Of a stretch of DNA of 64,000 nucleotides, positions 25,861 through 37,701 are shown piece after piece (positions within the stretch are counted from its first letter, which is position 1; every line of letters starts with the position of its first letter). The stretch is from Macrostomum lignano (lineage: Eukaryota), in NCBI GenBank assembly GCA_002269645.1, contig NIVC01001863.1, positions 62,001-126,000 on the forward strand, read 5' to 3'. The position numbers were made by a program, and so were the translations under genes. The notes below the pieces were generated by a model. The model saw only the letters and a list, made by a program, of their open reading frames with translations. It did not search any database and was not told where the DNA came from.

Positions 25861-26781
25861 ATCCCAATTATTGTTTCCGTACTGATATTCAAATCCAAAA
25901 ATCCCACTACATCTTTCTTATCCCCCAAAGTAGGCAAAAATGCTCAATACGGAATTTTTACCCAGGCACAAATTTTTGTCACTATCCCGGTCACCATCTT
26001 GCTTGCTATGGAAACTTCAAAACCTCTTCTTCTGCCATTTCATCTGTTTGCCATTGTCTGGCAGGCAGGCGACATTGCCCGGCAGCCACTGGCTGGGCTG
26101 CCTCTGGACCAATCAGAGGCCGTGAAAACGGCGACTGCAGAATTAGCTGCAGAAGCAGAGCAGCCTCGTCTTCTAGCGCTCAAGGAAAGGAAATCAGTAG
26201 GAGAGAAAGCAAAAATTGAAAACAAAATGAAAAAAAAGAATTTTTCTAAGAGAAAAGCCGCGCCCAGCGCAACTTTTTACACGATAAAAAATTCTTTCGC
26301 TTCCTGCCAGGGAAGCGGGGGCGATTTTTCTCCGCGGGATTGATTGCGAGGACTCAAGGAAGACTCAAAAGAGAGGAGAGAGAGAGAGAAAAGCAGCTAG
26401 CCTGCTTTTGCGTGTCAGACTGAGTCGCAGCTGCGTTTGCTCTGGGTCTTATCTGCAGTTCTGTCTCTCTGTGATTTTTCGCTAAACCCTGCGCTGTTCC
26501 TGCATGAGACAACAGACAAGCCTACAGATTGCCTTCGGTCCCTCTGGCCTGTGCATGGCGTCGGCTCTGAGGTGCAGCGTAACTGTGCCCCCCTTCCCCA
26601 ACAAGTTTATCTTGCTGTAGCGACAGTCTATCACTACAGGCCGCTGTTGTCAGTCAGTGCAAGGGAGAAGGTGGACGGCCTGCGGCAGTCTGAAGCTGCA
26701 CCCCGGCGGCCCTTGGTCCTCTGATAAGATTCAAGTTACTATGGGTGTGCCGAAGTGTGTTGCTTTGGGCTCATACATGTA

Positions 26782-27452
26782 AGGGTGTTGCTTAGGGTTT
26801 ATGAGGGTGTTGCTTAGGGTTTTATAAGGGTGTTGCTTAGGGTTTATGAGGGTGTTGCTTAGGGTTTTATAAGGGTGTTGCTTAGGGTTTATGAGGGTGT
26901 TGCTTAGGGTTTATGAGGGTGTTGCTTAGGGTTTATGAGTGTGTTGCTTAGGGTTTATCAGGGTGTTGCTTAGGGTTTATCAGGGTGTTGCTTAGGGTTT
27001 ATGAGGGTGTTGCTTAGGGCCTCAAAAGGGTGTTGCTTAGGGCCTCAAAAGGGTGTTGCTTAGGGTTTATGAGGGTGTTGCTTAGGGTTTTATAAGGGTG
27101 TTGCTTAGGGTTTATGAGGGTGTTGCTTAGGGTTTATGAGGGTGTTGCTTAGGGTTTATCAGGGTGTTGCTTAGGGTTTATCAGGGTGTTGCTTAGGGTT
27201 TATGAGGGTGTTGCTTAGGGCCTCAAAAGGGTGTTGCTTAGGGCCTCATAAGGGTGTTGCTTAGGGCCTCATAAGGGTGTTACTTAGGGTTTGTAAGGGT
27301 GTTCTTTGGGTTTATAAAGGTATTTCTTAGGGTTTATGAGGGTGTTGCTTAGGGTTTATGATGGTATTGCTTAGGGTTTATAAAGGTGTTGCTTAGGCTT
27401 TGTAAGGGTGTTGCTTCGGGTCTATTAGGGTGTTGCTTTTGGGTTTATAAGG
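26782..27452. repeat. 22/23-bp minisatellite AGGGTGTTGCTTAGGGTTTATG with one TTAGGG per unit
   Basis: Period 22 (26782 and 26804); ~30 units, decaying at the 3' end. Confidence 0.96.
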
Positions 27453-27999
27453 GCTCCATTTGAACTCATAGGGTCGCCAAGTTCAGGTGTCCACATCTGA
27501 CCACAGAGCGATCCATTAATTAAAACTGAACCCTTTTGTCTACCTACAGCTCTCATAGTCTCTGTCCCTTGCCTCTCACACAGCTGCGGTGGGGAATAAA
27601 GTCCCTATAGATCAATGAATGGCATTTTTGGTTGCTGGGTTGGGGCCACTCCACTCTGTCGCGCTCCGTAGCACTGCAGCAGCGCCGACACACGTTGAGA
27701 GCTGCAGAAGCCCCTCTACACTGCTGCAGCTGCTGCAGTACCAAAAACTGCTAGGCTGTCCCTAGCCACCCCCGCAGCTGCAGCTACACAGCCAGCCCCA
27801 TGGCTCTCAGACAGCTGGGCTGGGCCAAGGGCAGCTCAGCAGAGCGTGCAGGCCCGCATTCGTGTGCTCTCAATGTATTGTGTGCTTCTCTACCGCCTTC
27901 CGTCTATGCCTGCCTGTCTCTCTCAACTTGCGTTCCGCCTGCGGCTGCGGGTCAAATTTATACAAAAGCACTACATGCTGAGCTCCTGTAGAATGCATT

Positions 28000-28468
28000 G
28001 CTAATCCATCTCCCCAACCGAGAGTAGGTGCAGCTAATCCATCTCCCCAACCGAGAGTAGGTGCAGCTAATCCATCTCCCCAACCGAGAGTAGGTGCAGC
28101 TAATCCATCTCCCCAACCGAGAGTAGGTGCAGCTAATCCATCTCCCCAACCGAGAGTAGGTGCAGCTAATCCATCTCCCCAACCGAGAGTAGGTGCAGCT
28201 AATCCATCTCCCCAACCGAGAGTAGGTGCAGCTAATCCATCTCCCCAACCGAGAGTAGGTGCAGCTAATCCATCTCCCCAACCGAGAGTAGGTGCAGCTA
28301 ATCCATCTCCCCAACCGAGAGTAGGTGCAGCTAATCCATCTCCCCAACCGAGAGCAGAGATTTCAGTAGGTGCAGCTGATCCATCTCCCCAACCGAGAGT
28401 AGAGATTTCAGTAGGTGCAGCTGATCCATCTCCCCAACCGAGAGCAGGGATTTCAGTAGGTGCAGCTG
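28000..28468. repeat. 33-bp minisatellite GCTAATCCATCTCCCCAACCGAGAGTAGGTGCA
   Basis: Ten identical head-to-tail units, then three 45-bp variants with a 12-nt insert; no spacers. Confidence 0.98.
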
Positions 28469-30430
28469 GGTACTGCACCGCAGCTGCTGCAGTTTAGGGC
28501 TGCCCTCGCTCTCTCGTGTTCGGCGCAAGGCATTAGAAAGAGAAACAGAGGGACTCTGCATGCATAGGGGATGAGAGAGGCGGGTAGGGCAGGCCGGGGA
28601 AGCCGGGCTGAGGATGCGGCTGCCCTGGCCCAGTTTCCGTCGCATAAAATATGCCCAGGGAAAATGAAATGCAGGCGGAGGCTGGCGCTGTCGGGCTGGG
28701 GGGGGGGTGGCACAGAACCGGTCTGGAGGTCCCACTGTGACGGCAGGGTTTGTGATGGAGCCTTCCAGCTGCCGCGCATCCGCCTTCCCCCCCATCCTCA
28801 ATCCTCATCCCAAGCCTTTGGGCGGGAGGGGGCGCCAGGCCAAGTTAATGAATGTTGCGAGGCTGCCGCTGCATGCGCGAAAGTGCTGCGGCGAAACTCC
28901 AAGCCTTCACAAGTCGCATCGCATGCTGAGCTGCGTCATCAGCGGGAGCTTCTGCTGAGAGAATTCGTCTCGACTGAGTTTGGCTCGACTCAGCTTGGTT
29001 GCAGAAACAGGCAGCAGCACGATGGAACTGCAAGGTGGGCTCTCCGACATTTCACACCTGACCGACCAGAATCCCAGACTCTCCATCATGGCCATAAAAG
29101 CAAGCCTGTATCAATAGCAGGAAAAGCCTCCTGTCATAAAACAAAAAAGCAGCGTGTTGCAGATCCCGCATCCCCTCCGACTTCCCATTTCCTTGGGGAC
29201 AAAGCCTGCGGGCTATCGCAGACTCCCATCCTGTATTGCCTTTGTCTGTCAGGTGCGCCAGGTGACAAAATTTCTTCAGGCTTTCAAAGGCGCCTGCAAA
29301 GCAGAGAGAAGAATGCCAGTTGCAGCCTCTAAGAGAAGTGTCTGAGTGCTCAGGCCCCGCGACCCGAGGGCCAAGTTATGCTGGAGCAGACTTCATCAAA
29401 GAGAGAGTGAGAGGGGTGGGAGAAGACAGGGTCTCTAATGACGCACTCGTCCTGTGTTGAGTCCTCCGGGAGCTTTAGTGAAGATGAAGAAGGCAGACGA
29501 GGAAGGAGGCTGTGTGTGAAGCGTGTGACTCCTGCAGGGCATGCTCTCTCATCGAGGCTTTGTTCCCCAGCTTTCCCAGGGCCTCAGTTTCAAATCACCT
29601 CCCCACCAGCCGCCAAAATCAATGCCGTCAAAGCAAGCGGTTGCCAACACTGAGGGGCGAAACATTTACTCAACCAGCCACTGTTTTATTTAATAATCGA
29701 ATCTGTAAATTGGACGCAGTGACCAGGTCGGTGAACTTTGCGTGTGAGCTGGTTGAGCCAATTTCTCAGCTGGGGCTCAATTCTTTGTTTGGTCGCTTTA
29801 ATTCACTTCGTTTGCTTCACTTTTTATCACCTGGAATGAATGGTGGCGAGAAAGGGGAGGGGACAGCGGGGGGTCAGGTTGAAGCTGTCGGCCCCATTAA
29901 TTAGACATGCAGCAGCGAGTCCCTCTTCATCGCTGCACGAGAGGCGGGCGCAGCCTCCCTGACCGCCGCCCCCTGCATCGGTTGATGTTCTGTCAGAAAT
30001 CTCTCTCAGGCACGTCAGCAGAGCTGCCCAGACTCCCCCAGCCTCCTCCTTCATCAGTCTCGGGCGTTTCCATCAGCTTTGCTGTGTCACACTCGGCAGG
30101 GGCCTCAGAGACTGCCGTGGCCCGGGCGAGGGCGACTTCTGATTGGACGCCGCCCGCCAGCCACTCACAGGTGCTGCATCCGCAGCCTCATCGCCCAGCC
30201 TGCCGGCTTGCCGAACACTGCAGGCAAAGATTGGGGATTGGGGAGATTTTCCCAGGGAGACCACTCACTGCTTTGCTTTTGGTTGGGGAAGTTCCAGGCT
30301 TAGTCGAAATCAATATTCCCCTTCTTCTGGCTGCTCCAAGCACTTTGCTTGCTGCTTTTACTGCTCTCCCTGTTGTTGCGGGCTTTTTCGCAAAAACGGC
30401 AAAGCGGCAACTGCAGGAATCTTGATAACA

Positions 30431-30960
<530 letters not shown>

Positions 30961-31833
30961 AATGTTAAACAGCTTCAATTAGCGGCTGAGCTCAGAGCAG
31001 CTCTGCTGCGTTACTCATCGCGCGGTGACGCACTCGAATTGAGTTCTGGCTCGGTGCTGCAGGCTGGCCGCCGCAGACCACTAAGTCGGGTTATTCTTCA
31101 CAGCTTGGCTGTTCGCGAGTTGCCAGCCACTCCAGCCTCAAAGCTTTGGCCTCGCAGACTCTCAATAAGCAGGTTCAGCGCGCGATGACAGCCTCCTTCC
31201 TGGCCTCTTTGTGCCGCCTGCCACTGACAGAAGTCTGTTGAATTACCGGGGGGGGGGGCAGCTGAGACCCGCTGCAGAGAGAGAGCAGAGCGGGGACTGG
31301 CGCGCATTGAGCCAAGTGCTGTGGCCAAGGCGGTGGCCAACTCACTACTCACACACTCGGGGCTGCTATGAAGCTCACAATGATGAAGCTATCGCGTGAC
31401 GCGTCTATATGGCTGCCTCATCAAAAGCAGGCAGAATCTCAATAGCGGTGCTGCCTCCACACCCCAACCCTGCCCAACCCCTCCCCCATTGTTAATGCGG
31501 CTCAAGAGAACCCGAGACCCCGAATAGGCGGGCGCGGCAGCGAAAGACAACAGAAATTAGGAGGCAGCGATGGGCAAATATGAGTTGAAAGAGAACCGTT
31601 GAAGGGGCTCCCCCCGCTATCGACAGCTCCCATTGAGTGAACTCAGGCCGAGACGCAACATCTGGCAGGCAGGGGGCCAGCAGTGAGTGGCTACTCAAAT
31701 TGTGTCTCTATTCAAGTGCCCAACTATTCAATATTGAGCTGATGAAGCTCTTCGATTTACTTTCCTGGGGTCAAAATTCCACTAAGACTGTGTTGTTAAG
31801 TGTCCAGACAGTGGAAATTTCACAAGCCTGAAC

Positions 31834-32141
31834 AAACCGGAAACTACTCAAACTGGAAACTACTCAAACTGGAAACTACTCAAACCCGAAACTACTAAAA
31901 CTGGAAAATACTCAAACCCGAAACTACTCAAACCCGAAACTACTCAAACTGGAAACTACTCAAACCCGAAACTACTCAAACCCGAAACTACTCAAACCCG
32001 AAACTACTCAAACCCGAAACTACTCAAACTGGAAACTACTCAAACCCGAAACTACTCAAACCCGAAACTACTCAAACCCGAAACTACTCAAACCCGAAAC
32101 TACTAAAACCCGAAACTACTCAAACCCGAAACTACTCAAAC
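31834..32141. repeat. 16-bp minisatellite AAACTACTCAAAC(CCG/TGG)
   Basis: Period 16 (31921 and 31937). Confidence 0.96.
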
Positions 32142-33137
32142 TAGCAAGTACCTATAAACCCGAATTTGCTTCAACAGGAAACTTAATATGCTAAGCGTAA
32201 TTACCCAATTACCTAAGCATAATTACCTATCAGATTCGGCGTTTCCAAATGGGTATTAAAAATAATTCTCAAGCCAACTAACTCAAAGCTATCAAGCCAG
32301 AGGTCAAGCCAGTTTCAAAACTGGCAGATATCAGGGCTAAGGGGCACACCGACCGCGGCAGAGAACGCTCAGGAAAGCCAATGAGCCACAAGGCCGGCTG
32401 AGCAGTGAACTCTGCACACGGGAGGTCCCCGCTCGGCCCCGGCGATAAGAGAGGCCCGCAGGCGACTCTGGCCGCCTTCAAGCGGGCGGGCCTTATCGCC
32501 CTGTAATGGTGCCAGCCCGCGGGACCTGCCGGACTGTGGACAGATAAAGCCACTCGAGCGGGGGTCTTCGAATGTTGAGGAGAGGGGCGGAAAGCAAACA
32601 GAGGTGAAAAATATCACCAAGTTGAGCAGAAATTTGCTGTGCTATTTTTTGCTTTTAGTAAGAAGCTGCGCAGTAAAAAGCAGTTCGCACATCACAATGC
32701 CCTCAGAGCTGGTTGTCAACTTCTGTCATCCATCAGTCTGCTACAATCGGCGTTTGTCTATAGAAGCTCGCAAAATCCTTCGTTCGAATTTTAATGGAAA
32801 AAATCGTTTAATTGCCGAACTGGTCATGCAGAAGCAGAATTTTAAGCAATTTATGCAATCTTAAACTCCTCGCATGAGATTGCAGGGATTCCGGCTTGGG
32901 GAGTCTTTATTCCTGAGAAGCTGAGGGAGGCGAGTCGCAGATGAGGCTGGCTTGGCAACTAAAAATCTGATGTATAGGAGAGCTCTCTGTCTTCTGTTTC
33001 CTCAAGCAATCAAAAACTGCTCTTACTGCTCAGCCTGGGCGTGTCCGGGGTGTCCGGGGAGACCCGCCCGGCCGACTGTCCGCCTCTCCCTGCAATTTGC
33101 GTATCGACTGGCCGTTCTGCCGGGCCTCCGCCCCTTG

Positions 33138-33255
33138 CCATCTCAAGACTCACTGCTCTCCGCCCCTGTCATCTCAAGTCTCACTGCTCTCCGCCCGTGT
33201 CATCTCAAGTCTCACTGCTCTCCGCCCGTATCATCTCAAGTCTCACTGCTCTCCG
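33138..33255. repeat. 31-bp tandem repeat CATCTCAAGTCTCACTGCTCTCCGCCCGTGT, ~4 copies
   Basis: Read directly. Confidence 0.9.
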
Positions 33256-35789
33256 ACTCTCTCCTCTCCATTCTTGCCCCTCAAATCTCATTGCGTCAGG
33301 CCCTCACTCGCCTTCCCCTTCCTAATCTCATTTCTCCATGATCTGCGGCAGCCTTGCCATCCAATATCCTAGAAGCAAAGCAGACCCAGAGACTCCGCAC
33401 CCAGACCCAGAGATCAATTGGCCTCAAAACCTCCCATCCCATCCCTCGCCAGTCCTGAGTCTGAGCTCCTCACTCAGTCGCTGTGGGGTCGGAGGCAGAG
33501 CTGGCGGGGGGTTGGGGAAGTCGCCATTATGAGGCTGCTGAGATGAGAAAAGTAGAGAGACTGAGACTACTCAGAGCCCGGGTCGCTTCCCCGTCTTTGC
33601 CAATCTCAGCGCTGGGAAAACCAGGCCCCGCCTGTCTGCCCCCCCGCCATCGCCCACTTCATTCTCGCGGGTGGGCCGGTCTCCCTTTCCCTCTCTGCGG
33701 CGGTTGGCGCTTCCTTCCTTCCTTCCTTGAAATTCCCCGCTCAGCCAGTCCGCAGGCTTCAGCAGCACTCGCTGAGGCATCATCGCGCAATTCAGCCCCC
33801 CCCCCTCCAGCGGCAGCAACCGCAGCAGCATCAGCGGCGGCGGCGGCGGCGGCGGCGGCGGGCCCTGAATTATTTAATCAGCAGAGCGCAACCTGCCAGC
33901 ACTCGCTCAACACTCAGCACCGCTGATGGGGACCTACAGCACCGCGCGTTGCACTGCCTGTGTGACGTTCAGGCCGAGGCAACAATAGGGAGCTGTGCTG
34001 TGGACAGGCTGTCATAGTGTGGAAATATGGCATACACACTCCTGTCAACTGGCTAGGCTGCCACTACCGTATCGGGGCCACAGCTAAACAGTTATTTTTG
34101 CATAAGCAAAGTTGCCCCTGCATGCTGCATCCAGCGAACCCCCAAAACGGCCTCCGAAAGCGCCGCGGTGTCCCCGTCACTAAATACCGAGCCTCCACCG
34201 CTGCAGCCGGGGGGACTGCTGGCAGGGGACAGGCGCTCCCGGATGCCAATCCCAGCAATCTCCCCCCGCCGCCTCCAACGCATTTCCCAGACCTCAGCGG
34301 GGGAATCGCAATCCCATGGATTCGGCTGCGCCCCACTCGCCCCGTCTTCCCATTGCCTTCGCTTGATCCCCGGGAGCCGCCCCTTCTGCCCCATCCTTCA
34401 GTCATCTCCGCTCCCCTTTACTGACGTCTGCAAAGGAATCCCGCCGATTCCCCGGGCGAGATAAGCAGCTTTGTCCGACCCTAATCTGAGGGATGCGAAG
34501 CCGCCCGGCCACTGCATGCAGTCTTCTGCCGCTGCTGCTGCTGCTGCTGCCCCTAGGAGAGAACAGAGCCGCGGCTTCCCAATCGGTTCCAGACTCCTTC
34601 TGTGCCGCGGAGTCTCAACTCTGCAAGCAAGCTAAGCTATTAAGTGGCCTCATCAAGTTGGGACCAACATGAGGTAGAGACCTTGGTGCTGCGAACGCAG
34701 GCTGCTTTTGTCGAATCAGCAGAAGCAGAGCGACTAAAATTTCTACAAACATCTCGCCAGTCACTTCTCTTACAGCTAATTTCCTTAGCAGTTTGGTGGT
34801 TCCCGCTGCTTAGCTTGTCCCCCCGGTTTGGCTGCGCCTTTCTGCGACTGCATGTTCTAGATTCCGGCTGGCCTCCATCCGCCGCTGCCTGCCGCTTGTC
34901 CCAAATGGCGGCGCACCAGCGCACAAGAAAGCTGCCTGCTCGCGTTACTGCGCGCAGTTCCTCTGCGCTCGCCTGCATTTCGCACCACCAGCTGCATGCC
35001 GCAGACACTGCGCAGATGTCCGCTCTGGGGCGGAAAAGCCTAGGGCTGACTTCTTGCAATTTGCTTATTGGCTTACTTTGCTTTTTCTGCCGCTCTGCTG
35101 CTGCAGTCTGCGATCTTTAGCAAAAAGTTGCGATGGCTTCTCTTGCATCGATTTGTCAGGCAAGAAACCTAATCCAGTGCCGGTTCGCACAGATGCCAAA
35201 ACTGAGAAAAACAATATACGGATTTGCAATTTGTGCATTTTGTGTTCGAGCACCCTCAGATCTCATGTGGATATTGCTCGAATTTACCCTATTTTTTTAC
35301 AACAACGTTCAAATGCTTTTTCCGACGATTTGATTTTAAATTTTTAGTCGCTGCAGTTCTTATAATTCGAATAGCCTATACGAACGTATAGCCTACGGCA
35401 CTCTTTGATTATTCTCTTGACTTGAACGCTCGTTCAGTCTGATGAAACTGACTACGTATGCATACATGAGTCACACAGAATTTTAATCAGCTCGGTAAAA
35501 CTTTTTCAAGCTTTTACAAAAATTGTGCAATCATTTGTTCAAGCGTTTACTAACAGTAAGGCTTAAAGTCTTAAATTGATCTTCGCGAAAAATATAGGTC
35601 TCAAGAATATGGAAGAAATTAAGAAACATTAAAGAAATGATTCTTGTTGGAATTGTTGGAGTTAATAGTAAAGGTTGTTTGGGAATCTTGAAGAATATCG
35701 GTTTCCTGCGTTGAACTGACTAAATTTCCCGTGTGGCATTTGAGTAAATTTGAGACATGCGCACTTTATCTACATGTTGATATTACACC

Positions 35790-35969
35790 CAGGGACTACT
35801 CAAACACCGGGACGGGAAACTAAAATTTTTTTACGAGGCTGGCTGGCAATTATTTTCATTAGAGAGATGCTGTGTTACTTTGTTGTCTATGGTTATTTTC
35901 TACTGCTGATGATAGACCAGCCCCGTAAAAAAGTTCTAGTTTCCCGTCCCGGTGTTTGAGTAGTCCCTG
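35790..35969. mobile_element. hAT-type MITE, 180 bp
   Basis: TIR CAGGGACTACTCAAACACCGGGACGGGAAACTA is perfect for 33 bp at both ends (imperfect to ~54 bp); 8-bp TSD ATTACACC at 35782-35789 and 35970-35977. An 8-bp TSD with CAG-starting TIRs is typical of hAT elements. Confidence 0.9.
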
Positions 35970-37701
35970 ATTACACCCGGGCCGTACTTGACTTATGGCT
36001 GCAGGGGGCATCATCCGGCGATATATTATACCCCTATCAGTTAATTATGCGCTCAAAATCACAAATGTTTTCTCATTAGGAAAGATTCTCATACTAAAGT
36101 AACAATACACAAACAGATATTATTTTTACACACAAAAACTAAAAAAATACTAAAAAGAGTATTTATATGGTTGTATGAGGAGAGTTTTCTTATGTTGCGG
36201 CGCATACTGTGACTCTTTGGCTTTGTGGCTTGCGACACAAGATAACCCAAGACGACCTAAATTTTCACCAAAATAGAAACCTTTTAATTCATTCAGCATT
36301 TATGTTGCTAATTATGTGATAATCAAAGGAATACATATTCTTTCAAATAAATATTTAAATGCATATAGTACTAATAAAAAGTACTAGGAATCACTAGGAT
36401 CACTAGGAGAAAGACTAGGAGCAAGATTCAAATTCCTTTCCTTCGTAACTAAAAATGGCAGCTTTGCCTTTGATCAGTATATCTGTCGAGTTACACCTTC
36501 CAAGGTTGGTTCGTGTAAAACTACTTTTTAAAACTCAAGTGTCTGCACCATCAGAGCCAGCATCCTCATTTTCATCATCATCAGAAGCAGCAACACTTTA
36601 ATTCACATGATTATTATTATCAGTTCTCCTTTTAAGCCGGTATTCTTATAGCATTTATGGTGCTTTGAAATATGCTGAGAAATTTAAAAGTTTATTAAGT
36701 AGCTCGCTGCTTAGTTGAACACAATTTTAAATCAATATTTAGCATCCTTCTAACCCTGTTATTTGTTTTACTTTCCTTTTACGTAAATTTATACTTTCGA
36801 CATAAAACCGGTTTGACTGATCTCGAGTCCAGCCGGTCTGTCTGATCTAGATCGAGTCCCGATAAAAACGAAAAATAAGGTCAAACATGTCAAAGTATTG
36901 TCATTAAAGTACATCGCCAATCCTATCATGCAGTGCTATTCACTACTTGTTGCTAATAGCCTAATAATACTAAACTATTAATAAATATGGATGTGATTCT
37001 GATAAGCTGTGGTTCTTGAAAAGGCCTAGACCTGAAGCAAGTGTTATCAATAAAATTTTTAAATCGCTTATAATTTTAGGCCTACACCATATTATCTGGC
37101 TTATCTGATTCATTAGTGCTTTATATAGGCTACTAGTCTGTTGTCATCAAATAGATTTGTCTGCACTAAATAATAAATTGTATTGTAATTACTAGAATTG
37201 ATACATTGCTAGGTTATAGATCAGTGCATAGTGCTGCACTCACTATTAGTGCATTATGCCTATTCTCAGACAATTGTCAATCAATCATGATAGATAGTAA
37301 GATAGAAGATCTTATACATTGGCCTATCTACCATTTTTGTATTTTTAAAATATTTTTTAAACAATAAAGTGTTGCAAACTTTCAAACAATATTTTAGTTC
37401 AAATTCAAGCTTTTTTAGAACAGTTGACAGAGGTCTATATTGCCCCATTTAGTTACTACAAGTTACTTGGTCATCTAAAACCTATGCCCTTAGTGCTTAT
37501 ACTTAAGAAGTTATATTATAAATAATTTTGGCAATTGCCAAAAAAGTAAGAAAGATAGGCTAAACAAAGTAAATCAATAGATATTCAGTTTTTATGTTTT
37601 AATTATTGCCTTGATTTTGTTTTTTGTTTTCTAATAAAATAAAAAACTCAATTTTTTTAGGATTAAGTAAAATTAGTATCATATTTTTTTCTACAATCTT
37701 A

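Noticed and set aside
26782-27452. True interstitial telomere (TTAGGG)n
   Set aside because: TTAGGG occurs once per 22-bp unit and never in tandem.
28000-28468. 33-bp repeats of CRISPR-like length
   Set aside because: Head-to-tail with no unique spacers, no cas genes, eukaryotic context.
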